A stretch of 64,000 nt of DNA from an uncultured delta proteobacterium (GCA_963735595.1 CAVTLK010000004.1:32001-96000), one strand, 5' to 3'. Numbered from the stretch's first letter, positions 1 to 15,660 are shown. Numbers and translations: made by a program. The notes: generated from the letters alone by a model not told the origin.

Positions 1-1397
1 CGCCGTGCAATCTGGTATCCTTTTTCCTGAAGTATCTCTGTAAGCCTTTCATCCGTCAGCGGTTTGCGCTTAACCTCATTGCCGATGCAATCCTGCAGTA
101 TCCTTTTAATTTCGCGTGTTGAGACCTCTTCGCCGCTGTCGGTCTGCAATCCTTCGGAGAAGAAGAACTTCAGCGGAAATATGCCGAAATGAGTCTGGAT
201 ATATTTGCTGTTTGCGACTCTTGATATTGTCGAAATATCCAGACCTGTCATCTCAGCCACATCCTTGAGTATCATGGGCTTAAGCTTTGTCTCATCGCCA
301 TCAATAAAATATTCTTTCTGGTATTCGAGAATAGCATTCATCGTAAGCAGAAGTGTGTTCTGCCGTTGTTTAATTGCATCTATGAACCATTTTGCCGAAT
401 CAATCTTCTGCTTGACGAAGAGCACTGCATCCTTCATCTCCTTCTTGTTGCTCCTGTTTTTCGAGTATGCCTGAAGCATTTCACTGTAAGCTGCACTCAG
501 CCTCAGTTCCGGAAGATTTCTCGAATTGAGATGAAGGTCGAAACCATCTTCAGAATGTTCAAGGATGAAATCGGGAATTATCGGTTGGACGATCTTGGTG
601 AAGGGATCGTTGTAAACACCTCCGGGTTTCGGATTAAGCTTAAGCACCTCATCAATAGCTGTCTTAAGCTCTTCCTCCGTGATATTCATTCGGGCAGTGA
701 TCTTGTCGTAATGTCTCTTGGAAAACTCTTCAAAGTGCTGGTCAAGTATTCCATAAGCAAGTTTCACTGAAGGCTGTGAAAGATCTTTTCTTTCAAGCTG
801 AAGCATAAGGCATTCCCTGAGTGTTCTGGCTCCGACTCCTGCCGGGTCAAGATCCTGAATTATCATAAGAACTTCCTCGAGCTCAGCCTCTGTGGTGGTT
901 ACATTCTGGAGGAATGCAAGATCGTCGACAATACTGACAAGTTCCCGTCTCAGATACCCGTCTTCATCAATATTCCCGATGATATATTCTCCAAGAATCT
1001 TTTGTTTGTCATCCAGCTCCCGCAATCCCAGCTGTGATTCAAGATGTTCGTGGAATGAGGAACCTGCTGAGAAAGGTATCTCGGTATTCCTGTCATCATC
1101 CTTACTGAAGTTGTTTGCCTGAAGTTTGTAATCAGGGATCTCGTCCTCTTCGATATAATCGTCGAGGGTAAACTCTTCGTCATCATTTTTTTCTTCATCC
1201 CCGAGCTGTTCTTCTTCGCTTTCTTCAGGTGATTCAGCTTCATCTTCAGGGCCCTCTTCCAGGGCAGGATTTTCCTCCAGTTCTTTCTTTATGCGTTGTT
1301 CAATCTGCAAGGTAGGAACTTCCAGCAGCTTGATCATCTGGATCTGCTGTGGCGAAAGCTTCTGCAGCAATTTCTGTTGTAATCTCTGCTTCAACAT
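1..1397 (-). CDS. rpoN: RNA polymerase sigma-54 factor (3' end runs off the window)
   Basis: Not in the ORF track because there is no stop in the window. Hand translation from ATG at 1397 gives MLKQRLQQKLLQKLSPQQIQMIKLLEVPT (region I). Near the window edge it reads DISTISRVANSKYIQTHFGIFPLKFFFS and GYQIAR, the start of the RpoN box. Confidence 0.95.
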   Translation of the reverse strand, partial: MLKQRLQQKLLQKLSPQQIQMIKLLEVPTLQIEQRIKKELEENPALEEGPEDEAESPEESEEEQLGDEEKNDDEEFTLDDYIEEDEIPDYKLQANNFSKDDDRNTEIPFSAGSSFHEHLESQLGLRELDDKQKILGEYIIGNIDEDGYLRRELVSIVDDLAFLQNVTTTEAELEEVLMIIQDLDPAGVGARTLRECLMLQLERKDLSQPSVKLAYGILDQHFEEFSKRHYDKITARMNITEEELKTAIDEVLKLNPKPGGVYNDPFTKIVQPIIPDFILEHSEDGFDLHLNSRNLPELRLSAAYSEMLQAYSKNRSNKKEMKDAVLFVKQKIDSAKWFIDAIKQRQNTLLLTMNAILEYQKEYFIDGDETKLKPMILKDVAEMTGLDISTISRVANSKYIQTHFGIFPLKFFFSEGLQTDSGEEVSTREIKRILQDCIGNEVKRKPLTDERLTEILQEKGYQIAR

Positions 1398-1433
1398 GCC
1401 GGTTCCTGAAAATCTGTGGTTGAATTATTTCTG

Positions 1434-2822
1434 TTAAAACTCTGCATTCTTTGGTGTTCTTGGAAACGGTATAACATCGCGGATATTTGACATTCCCGTC
1501 ATAAAAAGCAGTAGCCGTTCGAAGCCGAGGCCAAATCCGCTGTGAGGAGCAGTACCGAATTTACGTGTCTCAAGGTACCACCAAAGCTCTTTTTCGGGTA
1601 ACTTAAGTTCTCTTATACGCGACAGCAGTTTATCATAATCTTCTTCTCTTTGCGATCCGCCGATTATCTCCCCTATTCCCGGGAAAAGAACATCCATGGC
1701 TCTTACAGTCTTGCCGTCATCATTCTGTTTCATGTAAAATGCCTTTATCTCCTTAGGATAATCGACCAGGATCACAGGTTTTTTAAAATGTTCTTCCACA
1801 AGATATCTTTCATGCTCAGCCTGGAGGTCCCTTCCCCAGCCTACCTGGTAATCCCACTTCCTGCCTGATACCTCAAGGATCTTCACAGCTTCGGTATAGG
1901 TAATCCTGATAAACTCGTTATCGACAACAAATCTGAGCCGTTCAAGAAGCCCCTTGTCGATCATATTATTCAGGAATTCGAGGTCGTCCTTGCAGTTTTC
2001 AAGAGCATACCTTATAAGGTACTTGATAAATTCTTCGGCAAGGTCCATATTGTCGGTTAGATCGTAGAAAGCCATTTCAGGTTCTATCATCCAGAATTCG
2101 GCAAGATGCCGGGGAGTATTTGAATTTTCTGCCCGGAAAGTGGGACCGAAAGTATAAATATCAGCAAGGGCAAGTGCTCCAAGCTCTCCTTCCAGCTGAC
2201 CAGAAACAGTCAGGTTTGCAGGTTTTCCGAAGAAGTCCTGGCTGAAATCAGGAGTCCCGTCTTTTTCCAGAGGGATCTTTGCAAGGTCGAGAGTAGTAAC
2301 ATGAAACATTTCACCTGCACCTTCGGCATCACTACCTGTGATGATAGGTGTATGAAGATAAAAGAATCCCTTATCGTTGAAATACCTGTGAATCGCAAAG
2401 GCCATTGCGTGACGCATCCTTAACACGGCTCCGAAAGTATTCGTCCTGGGCCTCAGGTGAGCTATCTCCCTGAGAAATTCCATTGAATGTCCCTTCTTCT
2501 GAAGAGGATACGTCTCGGCATCGCACTTCCCGTATAGTTCAATAGATGAAGCAACCACCTCCACATTTTGACCCTGTCCCTGCGAGCTCACCAGCTTTCC
2601 GTTAACAGAAATGCACGCTCCGGTTGTTATGTCCTTTAAAAGAGCTTCTCCGAAAACAGAGACATCAGCAACAATCTGGATATTATTTATAGTCGATCCG
2701 TCGTTAAGGGAAATGAAGGCTATGTTCTTGTTACCTCTTTTGGTTCTTACCCATCCTTTGACCAGTACTTCCGTATCTACCCGGGGTGTCTGCAGTAATT
2801 CTTTAATCTTTATCCTTTTCAT
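1434..2822 (-). CDS. asnS: asparagine--tRNA ligase
   Basis: OB-fold N-terminus (GWVRTKR), [41 protein letters not shown]. Start set at ATG 2822 (MKRIKIK). Confidence 0.97.
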   Translation of the reverse strand: MKRIKIKELLQTPRVDTEVLVKGWVRTKRGNKNIAFISLNDGSTINNIQIVADVSVFGEALLKDITTGACISVNGKLVSSQGQGQNVEVVASSIELYGKCDAETYPLQKKGHSMEFLREIAHLRPRTNTFGAVLRMRHAMAFAIHRYFNDKGFFYLHTPIITGSDAEGAGEMFHVTTLDLAKIPLEKDGTPDFSQDFFGKPANLTVSGQLEGELGALALADIYTFGPTFRAENSNTPRHLAEFWMIEPEMAFYDLTDNMDLAEEFIKYLIRYALENCKDDLEFLNNMIDKGLLERLRFVVDNEFIRITYTEAVKILEVSGRKWDYQVGWGRDLQAEHERYLVEEHFKKPVILVDYPKEIKAFYMKQNDDGKTVRAMDVLFPGIGEIIGGSQREEDYDKLLSRIRELKLPEKELWWYLETRKFGTAPHSGFGLGFERLLLFMTGMSNIRDVIPFPRTPKNAEF

Positions 2823-2930
2823 CTGTATAAAAAATAACACCGCAAAAATAATAAAATGCAGGCTGTTAAACTAAATTGGCACTGTTTTTGTGCTAAAAGC
2901 CCTCTTTTTTGTAAATTGGTAAAATCTGAA

Positions 2931-2938
2931 TAACTTTG
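2931..2938 (+). promoter_or_regulatory. Bacteroidota -7 promoter element (TAACTTTG) upstream of the USP gene
   Basis: Matches TAnnTTTG about 27 nt before the ATG at 2965. A divergent TATTTTTG on the minus strand at 2843-2850 could serve asnS. Confidence 0.6.
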
Positions 2939-2964
2939 AGTACAAATCGTAATTATCTTAAGCT

Positions 2965-3843
2965 ATGGCAGACAAACAAAAATTAATCGTAGTACCATGG
3001 GATTTCACCCCTGTTGCGGAACATGCACTTGCTCATGCAGTGAAGATCAGCCGCATGGTAAAAAATGATATATGTCTTCTTCATATAGTCGATAAAGCAA
3101 TAAAGCCTCAGGATGAGGGACAGAAGAAAGTGCTTCTTAAGAGCATTGCTGATGAAAACGCCAAAAAGTACAACCTGGTTATTGTGCCGGAAATTGCAAA
3201 AGGAACCATTTTTACTGCAATTGCCGACTATGTGAACCAAAAGGGAGTGAAGGAAGAGGATAAGAAGGTTGAAGTAAGCCTGGTGGTTATGGGCACCCAT
3301 GGCATGAAGGGAATGCAGAAGCTGACCGGAAGCTGGGCTTTGAAGGTAATAGTGAGATCCACAGTGCCTTTCATTGTTGTTCAGGAGCCGCCTGTTGACC
3401 AGGAGAGATATCATAATATTGTTTTCCCGGTCGATTTCAAGAAAGAAAACAAGGAGAAGACCAAGATGGCAATATTCATGGGCAAGTATTTCGATTCGAA
3501 GATGCACATACTTGTAACTACAGCTACCGATGCGAATCTTATCAAGAAAACAAAGATAAATCTGAATTTCGCCATTAAGTATCTCATCCAGAACAACATT
3601 GATTATCAGATCCATGAAGTTCCAAAAGGTAATTTTGCCGAGCAGACTCTCGATTTTGCGCAGAAGATCAATGCTGACCTTTTACTGATAATGACCACCA
3701 AGAATATCACATTTGCCGATTATATGGTAGGGGCATCGGAGCAATATATTATTGCCAACAGCTCCAAAATACCTGTATGCTGTGTGAATCCCAAAGCATC
3801 ATTTGCCAATACAGCACAGTTCATGGGCGGCTGGGGCTCATAA
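2965..3843 (+). CDS. universal stress protein (two USP domains)
   Basis: IVVPWDFT N-terminus, LVVMGTHG...GS motif, second domain IVFPVDF...ADLLLIMT...IPVCCVNP. Confidence 0.9.
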   Translation: MADKQKLIVVPWDFTPVAEHALAHAVKISRMVKNDICLLHIVDKAIKPQDEGQKKVLLKSIADENAKKYNLVIVPEIAKGTIFTAIADYVNQKGVKEEDKKVEVSLVVMGTHGMKGMQKLTGSWALKVIVRSTVPFIVVQEPPVDQERYHNIVFPVDFKKENKEKTKMAIFMGKYFDSKMHILVTTATDANLIKKTKINLNFAIKYLIQNNIDYQIHEVPKGNFAEQTLDFAQKINADLLLIMTTKNITFADYMVGASEQYIIANSSKIPVCCVNPKASFANTAQFMGGWGS

Positions 3844-3850
3844 AAATTAT

Positions 3851-4762
3851 ATGTCAATATTAGTCAGGGGGGTTACAAAACTATATGGCGAGCAGAAGGC
3901 ACTCGATGATGTTTCCTTTGAAGTGAAAACAGGCGAGATAGTCGGATTCCTGGGCCCAAACGGGGCAGGCAAATCGACTATGATGAAAATAATCACCGGA
4001 TTTATTCCGGCTACATCAGGCTCAGTACAGATCAATGGCACAGAGATATCAACTGATAATCCTGACCTGCGTAAAACAATAGGTTATCTCCCCGAAAACA
4101 ACCCGCTTTACCCTGAAATGTACGTAAGGGAATACCTGGGGTTTGTCTCTTCGTTATATAAAACCGGATCTGCCCGGGAGCGTATTGACCATATTATTGA
4201 AGTGACCGGTCTGGCTCCTGAACAGAAGAAAAAAATAGGATCACTTTCAAAAGGCTACAGGCAGAGAGTCGGCCTTGCACAGGCTCTCATTCATGATCCT
4301 GCAGTGCTCATCCTCGATGAGGCTACAACCGGCCTTGATCCAAACCAGATCATTGAGATACGTAACCTGATCATTGAAGCAGGGAAAGAGAAAACAGTCA
4401 TGTTCTCCACGCATATCATGCAGGAAGCTGAAGCTGTATGTGACAGGATCATTATCATAAACAACGGCAAGATCATGGCCGATGAGCTAAAGAACAATAT
4501 TCATTCTGTTATAAAAAAGCACCGGCAGATAATTAAAATAGAATTTGATAAAACTCCTGAAATCTCTGAATTGCAGAAAATTGCAGGTGTTGTCAGTGCA
4601 AGGTCTGACTCCGGCAATCTTTGGATCATTGAAGCTGCAGGAGAAGATGATATCCGTCCGGCTATATTCTCATTTGCCGTGAAAAGCAATCTTACTGTAC
4701 TCTCGCTTCAGAAGGAGGAGAGCAATCTGGAAGAGGTTTTCAGGCATCTTACTAACGGATAA
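3851..4762 (+). CDS. gldA: gliding-motility-associated ABC transporter ATP-binding subunit (GldA-like)
   Basis: Walker A GPNGAGKS, signature LSKGYRQRVGLAQA, Walker B LILDE. Start at ATG 3851 (MSILVRGVTKLYGEQ). Confidence 0.8.
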   Translation: MSILVRGVTKLYGEQKALDDVSFEVKTGEIVGFLGPNGAGKSTMMKIITGFIPATSGSVQINGTEISTDNPDLRKTIGYLPENNPLYPEMYVREYLGFVSSLYKTGSARERIDHIIEVTGLAPEQKKKIGSLSKGYRQRVGLAQALIHDPAVLILDEATTGLDPNQIIEIRNLIIEAGKEKTVMFSTHIMQEAEAVCDRIIIINNGKIMADELKNNIHSVIKKHRQIIKIEFDKTPEISELQKIAGVVSARSDSGNLWIIEAAGEDDIRPAIFSFAVKSNLTVLSLQKEESNLEEVFRHLTNG

Positions 4763-4807
4763 CATTTTTTTTATCGTTTTTTTTTACTTGCTTTGTGCCA
4801 TAATTGA

Positions 4808-4860
4808 CTGGTGGAAAGATTTGTGCTGATTGCAACCACGGGAAAAAATGCTAAAACGAA
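4808..4860 (+). ncRNA. SAM-II riboswitch upstream of metK
   Basis: GTGG-AAA-GATTTG...TTGCA-A-CCAC...AAAT-GCTAAA follows the SAM-II pattern (P1 GTGG/CCAC, GATTT, TTGCA, AAAT, GCTAAA) about 85 nt upstream of metK. Confidence 0.75.
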
Positions 4861-4944
4861 GAAAATTCCATTTTTCGCGTCAACCAATCTTCCCATCAGT
4901 TGTTTAATTGACTTAATACTTAAGACTTTTATAAACTTAAAACT

Positions 4945-6288
4945 ATGGGATATTTTTTTACTTCAGAATCAGTGTCGGAAGGACACCCCGACAAAGTAGC
5001 CGATCAGATATCAGATGCACTCCTTGATGAGTTCCTGAGATGGGATCCGGAATCAAAAGTCGCATGCGAGACTTTCGTAACCACAGGACTTGTCGTTTGC
5101 GGAGGTGAAGTTCAGACAACCGGCTGGGTTGACGTTCAGGAGACGGCCCGACGTGTAATCCGTAATATCGGTTATACCAAGGCTGAATACCGTTTCGACT
5201 GCGATTCTTGCGGTGTGATCTCTACAATTCATGAACAGTCAGCTGATATACGTCAGGGGGTTGTACGCGAGAAACCTGAAGAACAGGGCGCCGGCGATCA
5301 GGGGATGATGTTTGGATATGCCTGCCGCGAAATGGACAACTATATGCCGTTAAGCATAGAACTGGCTCATCTCCTTCTCCAGGAGCTTGCAGCATTACGC
5401 CGTGAGGGAAAGGTTATGAAATATCTTCGTCCCGACGCAAAATCGCAGGTTACAATAGAATATGATGATGCCAATAAACCGCTTCGCATAGATACTATAG
5501 TCATCAGCACCCAGCATGATGAGTTCGTTCTTCCAAAGAATAAAACACATGCTTCGGAAAAAACTGCAGAAAAAGCAATGCAGAAACAGATCCACGATGA
5601 TCTGGTCAAATATCTGTTCCCTCGGATTAAAAAATCACTGCCCGCAAGGATCCAGAAACTTCTGAAAAGCGATACCAGACTGCTGGTGAATCCTACTGGC
5701 AAATTTGTGATCGGAGGACCTCATGGAGATACCGGTCTCACCGGAAGAAAGATAATCGTTGATACATACGGAGGCCATGGTGCACACGGTGGAGGAGCCT
5801 TCTCAGGTAAGGATTCGTCGAAAGTCGACAGATCGGCAGCTTATGCTGCACGCCATATTGCCAAGAACCTTGTTGCAGCAGGCGTTTGCGACAGAGTACT
5901 TATTCAGGTAGCCTATGCAATCGGTGTTGCGCAGCCAGTAGGTCTTTATGTGAACACTTACGGTACAGCACATGTAAAGAACAGCAAAGGAAAAATATTA
6001 CACGACGGAGAGATAGCCGGGATAGTTGAAAAGATATTCGACATGAGGCCTTACTCAATAGTAAAAAGACTTGGACTTAAAAACCCTGTTTTCCTTAAGA
6101 CTGCATCGTATGGCCATTTCGGACGTAATCCATATTCAGAAAATGTGGAAGTATATTACGAAGTTCCGGGAAGCAAAACCAAAGCTGCAAATGGTAATGG
6201 CAGGAAAGTTTCGATTAAGAAAGTCGATTTCTTTACGTGGGAGAAACTGGATTATGTGGATAAGATCCGGAAAGCGTTTAAGATCTAA
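4945..6288 (+). CDS. metK: S-adenosylmethionine synthetase
   Basis: [28 protein letters not shown] motifs. Confidence 0.98.
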   Translation: MGYFFTSESVSEGHPDKVADQISDALLDEFLRWDPESKVACETFVTTGLVVCGGEVQTTGWVDVQETARRVIRNIGYTKAEYRFDCDSCGVISTIHEQSADIRQGVVREKPEEQGAGDQGMMFGYACREMDNYMPLSIELAHLLLQELAALRREGKVMKYLRPDAKSQVTIEYDDANKPLRIDTIVISTQHDEFVLPKNKTHASEKTAEKAMQKQIHDDLVKYLFPRIKKSLPARIQKLLKSDTRLLVNPTGKFVIGGPHGDTGLTGRKIIVDTYGGHGAHGGGAFSGKDSSKVDRSAAYAARHIAKNLVAAGVCDRVLIQVAYAIGVAQPVGLYVNTYGTAHVKNSKGKILHDGEIAGIVEKIFDMRPYSIVKRLGLKNPVFLKTASYGHFGRNPYSENVEVYYEVPGSKTKAANGNGRKVSIKKVDFFTWEKLDYVDKIRKAFKI

Positions 6289-6513
6289 CCACCCCGTCAC
6301 GCCTTCAGCGTGACACTCCTTATAGCTACCAACCCCCCATCCCCCCCAAGGGACTATCGACCCCAGTTACTGACCCCCAGCAAGGGGGGGTTAAAACCCA
6401 CTACAAATTTTAATTAGCAATTGGGTTTAACCCCCCTTTAGGGGGCAGGGCACGCGTTAGCGTGGCCGGGGGTTCGTCGCTTTAGAGGGGCAGTCCCGAG
6501 TACTCGGCGCGGG
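6288..6513. repeat. cluster of C-run/G-run palindromic (REP-like) elements between convergent metK and metF
   Basis: Hairpins such as CCCCCCTTTAGGGGGC, CCCCCAGCAAGGGGGGG and GTCACGC-CTTCA-GCGTGAC. GGGGCAGTCCCGAGTACTCGG matches the reverse complement of 17657-17684. Confidence 0.75.
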
Positions 6514-7467
6514 TTAAAATGCTGCTTTAACTATCCTTGCAACATTATCTGATCGTCCCAGGGTATAGTAATGTATCCCCGGAACACCTGCTTTAATAAG
6601 CTCCTTCGATTGCATCGTTGCCCATTCGATTCCTACTTCACGTGCCTCCTTGTCGGTAGTGCATTTCCTGATCGCATTCACCAGGTCGTTGGGAACATCA
6701 ATATGAAATGTCTGCGGAAGCAGCTTTATATCATTCAATGCTGAAACAGGTTTGATACCTGCAATAACCGGAACATTAATTCCCATTGCCCTGCATTCGT
6801 CCCTGAATCTTAAGAATTTGCAGTTGTCAAAAAACATCTGGGTAACTATATAGCTTGCACCGGCATCAACTTTCTTTTTGAGGTATTCCATGTCCGTCTG
6901 CCTGTTGGGCGCTTCAAAGTGTTTCTCCGGGTAGCCGGCAACTCCAATGCAGAAATTTGTGGGTGTTGTATCTTCAAGAGTCTCCTCGAGATATCTGCCG
7001 TTATTCATATCAACGATCTGCCTTATAAGATCTGAAGTATGTGCATGTCCCTCTTTCTCGGGAATGAAGTTTCTGCTTCCTCTTTGGGGATCGCCTCTGA
7101 GAGCAAGCACATCATCGATACCCAGGAAGTTCATTTCAATGAGGACATTTTCCGTTTCCTCTTTTGAAAATCCGCCGCACAGAATATGCGGAACCACCGT
7201 AATGTTATACTTATATCTTACAGCAGCAGAGAGGGCAATTGTACCCGGGCGCAGACGTGTAACCCTTCTCTCGAGAAGTCCGTCAGGCCTCTCCTTATAT
7301 GCTATCTCATTGCGATGGGTGGTAAAATTTATATATGCAGGCTCAAATTCTATAAGCCTGTCGATCGTTGTGTATACTTTTTCAATGCTGTGCCCTTTCA
7401 GCGGCGGCAGCAGTTCAAAGGTGAACAATGGACCTTTTGCACTTTTCAGTTTATCAATAACGCTCAT
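6514..7467 (-). CDS. metF: 5,10-methylenetetrahydrofolate reductase
   Basis: FTFELLPP, ALRGD, IGVAGYPEKH, KKKVDAGA, TQMFFD, IHYYTL motifs. Confidence 0.95.
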   Translation of the reverse strand: MSVIDKLKSAKGPLFTFELLPPLKGHSIEKVYTTIDRLIEFEPAYINFTTHRNEIAYKERPDGLLERRVTRLRPGTIALSAAVRYKYNITVVPHILCGGFSKEETENVLIEMNFLGIDDVLALRGDPQRGSRNFIPEKEGHAHTSDLIRQIVDMNNGRYLEETLEDTTPTNFCIGVAGYPEKHFEAPNRQTDMEYLKKKVDAGASYIVTQMFFDNCKFLRFRDECRAMGINVPVIAGIKPVSALNDIKLLPQTFHIDVPNDLVNAIRKCTTDKEAREVGIEWATMQSKELIKAGVPGIHYYTLGRSDNVARIVKAAF

Positions 7468-7477
7468 ATTGCAATTT

Positions 7478-10400
7478 TCATAAGTTAGGGGCTAGCCAGC
7501 GGGCTGCCTCTTCTGTTGTCATTCCTTTCCTGACTGCATAATCAGCAAGCTGATCGCGATCAATCTTTCCTATGTTAAAATATGATGAAGCCGGATGTGA
7601 GAATATGTATCCACTTACTGTTGCAGGGGGCGTCATGGCATAATTCCCGGTAAGCCCCACCCCTATCGACGATTCAGCATTCAGAAGGTCGAATATGGCT
7701 CTCTTCTCAGTATGATCAGGACATGCAGGATAGCCCGGAGCCGGCCTGATGCCAATATACTTTGCAGCAATCATCTCTTCCATTGTCAGTTTTTCCTGAG
7801 CAGTATAGCCCCAGTATTCCCTTCTGATTTTTTCGTGAATCCATTCCGCTGCGGCCTCAGCCAGACGGTCGCTCAGGATCCTTATCATGATTGTCGCATA
7901 ATCATCTTCCGCATACTTCTTAAATGCCTCATTATCAATCTCTGCAGTCACAACAAATAAGCCTATATTATCTGTTTTACCTGCAGATTCAGGGGCAATA
8001 AAATCAGAGAGCGCCAGGTTGGGAACACCCTTCTCCTTCTTCTCCTGGTTTCTTAGAAAATGCAAAGTTGTTCTTTTGGTTTTGTCTCCCCCCTCGAGGG
8101 GGGCGACCGGGGGGTGTGTCAAATACAATTACATCATCTCCATCCGACACTGCCGGAAACAATCCAAGCACGCCTTTCGCCTTAATAAGCTTACTTTCTA
8201 TTATCTCATCAAGATAATGTTGTGCATCGTCAAAAAGCTTTTTCGCCTCTGTGCCCTTAACAGGATCGCTGAAAATGGCCGGGTATTTTCCCGACAGCTT
8301 CCAGGCGAAGAAGAAGAAAGTCCAGTCAATATATTGAGCCAGGGTTTTCAGGTCTATCGCCTCAATGATATGATGTCCCGGTTTCAGAGGTTTTGAAATT
8401 TTAAATGAATCCCAGTCGGTACTGAGTCTGTTTTTCCTGGCTTCTTTTATCGTCAGCAGATCACGTTTTTCCTGTCTGGAATCATGATCTGTCTTCAGCT
8501 TCCGGTATTTTTCCTTTATTGAAGAGACATAGCCGGTATTATCTTTCTGCATCAGTGATGACAATACACCTGCCGCTCTGGAAGCATCCTTTACATGGAT
8601 TACAGCATTCGAATATGCAGGTGCTACTTTAACAGCAGCATGAATCTCAGATGTTGTGGCCCCTCCGATAAGAAGAGGTGTTTTCAGTTTCCTTCGTTCC
8701 ATTTCAGCAGCTACATGAACCATCTCCTCCAGTGAAGGTGTAATCAATCCGCTAAGACCAATGAAATCGACCTCCTCTTTAATTGCAGTGTCGATGATCT
8801 TTTCTGCAGGAACCATTACACCAAGATCGATTACTTTATAATTATTGCACGATAATACAACCCCGACGATATTCTTACCGATGTCGTGTACATCGCCTTT
8901 AACGGTGGCGAGAAGGATTTTCCCGGCGTTTCTTTTTTCCGTGCCTTCGCTCTCTTTTTCAATATAAGGAGCAAGTTTGGAAACAGCCTTTTTCATCACC
9001 CTGGCGCTTTTGACTACCTGGGGCAGGAACATTCTTCCCGATCCGAAGAGATCGCCCACCTCATTCATCCCTCCCATCAATGGTCCTTCAATAAGTTCTA
9101 TAGATCTCGAGAAGAGTGAACGGGCTTCCTCAACATCCTCCTCTATATGTTCATCCAAACCTCGTATTAGTGAGTGTTTAATCCGGTCTATAACAGGCAG
9201 AGAACGCCATTCATCGGCTTTCTCCTCTTTCTTTCCCTCGTTTTTCAGACCCTCTGCAAATTTCACAAGTCTTTCTGTTCCATCCTTTCTCCTGTTCAGA
9301 ACAACATCTTCAGTAAGCTGAAGAAGATCTGCAGGTATTTCGCTGTAAACCTGGAGCATTCCGGGATTCACAATACCCATATCCAGACCTGCCTTTATCG
9401 CATGAAAGAGGAACACGGAATGCATTGCTTCCCTTACTTTATCTATTCCCCTGAACGAGAATGAAAGGTTGCTGATGCCTCCGCTGACCTTTGCATAGGG
9501 AAGATTTTTTTTGATCCATTCTGTTGCCCTGATATAATTGACAGCATAATTATTATGTTCCTCTATACCTGTTGCAATTGCCAGGACATTCGGATCAAAG
9601 ATCAGGTCTTCCGGAGGATATCCGATCTTCCCGACAAGCAGCTTATATGATCTTTCCGCAACAGCTATTCTTTTTTCAAAAGTGTCGGCCTGCCCATTTT
9701 CATCAAAAAGCATTACGACGGCTGCTGCGCCATATTTCCTCAACAGTTTAGCACGCTGAAGAAATGCTTCTTCTCCTTCTTTAAGGCTGATAGAGTTAAC
9801 GATCGATTTCCCCTGTATGCATTTAAGAGCAGATTCTATGACTTCCCATTTTGAAGAGTCGATCATCAGCGGTAGTTTTGAAATATCGGGTTCCGCCATG
9901 ATGAGGTTGACGAATTTAACCATTGCCCTTTCGGAATCGAGCATAGCCTCATCCATGCAGATGTCGATCACCTGTGCACCTCCTTCCACCTGGTTACGTG
10001 CTATTGCAAGCGCTTCACCATATTTCTCTTCTTTTATAAGCCTGGCAAACTTTATCGACCCGGAAACATTTGTACGCTCTCCCACATTAACGAAATTGGT
10101 TTCAGGAGTTATCGTCAGCGCTTCAAGTCCGCTTAATCGTGTATATCTTGTTATTTCAGTTCTTTTCCTTGGATTATATTGTTTCGCAGTCTCAGAGATC
10201 TTCTTTATATGGAGAGGGGTTGTACCGCAACACCCTCCGATAATATTGACCCAGCCCTCTTTCATAAAATCCTCCGTTATTAAGGACATCTGTTCAGCTG
10301 ACTGATCATACTCACCAAACTGATTGGGCAGACCGGCGTTTGGATGTGCAGAAACATAAAATGGGGATTTAGCTGAAAGCTCCTCAACAAACGGCCTTAA

Positions 10401-11150
10401 CTGTTCAGCTCCGAGAGCACAGTTTAGCCCCACGCTGAATAGCGGAAAATGAGAAACCGAGATCAAAAAAGCCTCGAGTGTCTGGCCTGTGAGTGTCCTT
10501 CCGCTTGCGTCTGTGATGGTAACAGAAACCATAACGGGAAGACGTTTCTTCGTCTCCTCAAAAACAGAATCGATTGCAAAAAGGGCGGCCTTGCAATTGA
10601 GAACATCAAAAATAGTTTCAACAAGAAGGATGTCGACACCACCGTCAATAAGGCCGCGGATCTGTTCCGAGTACGCTTCAACGAGGTTGTCGAAAGTAAC
10701 CAATCTGGCTCCCGGGTCGTTAACATCGGACGACATTGAAGCAGTGCGGTTCGTGGGACCGAGTGTTCCGGCAACAAAACGGGATGTGGGTTCTTTCGCG
10801 TTCTCAAAAGAACAGATTGCGTCTTTCGCCAGAAGGGCAGCATGGTAATTCAGATTGTAAACCTGGTCCTCCATGCCATAATCGGCCATTGATATCCTGT
10901 TAGAATTGAAGGTATTAGTTGTTATAATGTCTGCACCTGCCTCAAGATATCCCCTGTGAATATCATTTATAATTTCAGGCTGTGTCAGGGTAAGAAGATC
11001 ATTGTTCCCTTTCTGCGGTTTGGGATGATCTCTGAATTTCTCTCCACGAAAATCGGCTTCCTGAAGCCTGTGCTTCTGGATCATCGTGCCCATCGCGCCA
11101 TCGAGGATAAGGATCTTCTGTTGTATTAGTTCTTCTAATTGGGATTTCAT
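7478..11150 (-). CDS. metH: cobalamin-dependent methionine synthase, split by one frameshift near 8090-8120
   Basis: [22 protein letters not shown] and DVHDIGKN in 8004-11150. The activation domain continues in 7478-8128 ([14 protein letters not shown]). The frameshift lies inside an inserted C/G palindrome. Confidence 0.95.
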
Positions 11151-11287
11151 GATAATTTAATTTTCTTTTCTTTTTTTGGCATTTACTCACCCCCTTACCT
11201 TCGCTCCGCTAAATTATTCCGACACTTCATCAAATCCAAATAATTCACGATTCTTTTCATTTTTGTGCTTTCCCTGTGTCATCTTTT

Positions 11288-12306
11288 TCAGCTTGAAGTT
11301 TTCTCCCAGAATTTCCTGATAATATCAGTAACAATATCTGTTTCTATCAGGAATCCGTCATGGCCGTAAAATGAGTCAATCTCAATATATTCCGCGCCTT
11401 TGGTATTTGAGGTTATAAATTTCTGATCGTCGGTCGGAAACAACATATCTGATTTTATTCCTACGCACAGAACTTTAGCTTTGATCGTTTGCAGTGCATT
11501 GATAATACTCCCGCGTCCTCTGCCTATATTATGTGTATCAGAAAGACATGTAAGGCACCAGTAGGAATGGGGACTAAACCTTTTGACAAGCTTCTCTCCC
11601 TGATAAGCCTGGTATGATGCAGCCCTGAATGAGGTAAACTTTTCATCATCATCTTCCTTCTGTGTCTGGTTATAAGCATACATAGTCCTGTAGCTGATAA
11701 GGGCAATGGATCTTGCTGCTTTCAGTCCAGACTTGCCTCCATCAGGATCACCCGAAGTGAATGTCTGGTCGGCCTGCATGGCGAGTCTCATCGATTCGCT
11801 GAATGCGAGCGCCCATGGCGTCTGTCTTGCACCTGAAGCCAGAACAATGAGTCTCTCAACAAGTTCAGGATACATTATGCTGTATTCAAGAGCCTGATAT
11901 CCGCCAATGGAAGCCCCGATGATGGTGTGTATCTTAGTTATCCCAAGATGTTTCCTGAGCATCTCATGAACATTCACCAGATCGCGTACTGTGATCAGCG
12001 GAAAATCGTTAAGCCATTGTTTTCCTGTTTCCGGATTGACCGAAGCAGGACCGGTTGTTCCATAACATGATCCAAGGACGTTTGCACAAACGATAAAATA
12101 TTTGTCCGGATCGAAAAGGAGACCGGTACCTACCATTCCCGGCCACCACGAATCAACATCGGAGTTGGCAGTGAGTGCATGACAGACCCAGATCACATTA
12201 TCAGAGCCGGCATTCAGTTTTCCCCACGTGTCATAGGCAATATCCACTGAAGGCAAAATTGCTCCCGTCTCAGTTATAAAAGGTTGATTAATTTTAAGTT
12301 TCTCCA

Positions 12307-12310
<4 letters not shown>
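11288..12310 (-). CDS. metX: homoserine O-acetyltransferase (MetX family)
   Basis: CHALT, GSCYGTTGP, GASIGG nucleophile elbow, YGHDGFL. Start overlaps the metY stop (ATGA). Confidence 0.93.
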
Positions 12311-15547
<3,237 letters not shown>

Positions 15548-15561
15548 CAATAGATGATAAG

Positions 15562-15660
15562 CCCCCCTATGATCCCCCCTGAGGGGGGATGAAAGAATGG
15601 GCTGGTACTGGATTTTAAGGTGGGGAAAGAATCCCCCCTGTGATCCCCCCTAGGGGGGAT
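15562..15660. repeat. two REP-like palindromes left of the DUF559 gene
   Basis: CCCCCCTATGATCCCCCCTGAGGGGGGAT (15562-15590) and TCCCCCCTGTGATCCCCCCTAGGGGGGAT (15632-15660). Confidence 0.85.

Noticed and set aside
205..1243. Short ORFs in the track at the window start
   Set aside because: They overlap rpoN, which the track missed because its stop lies outside the window.
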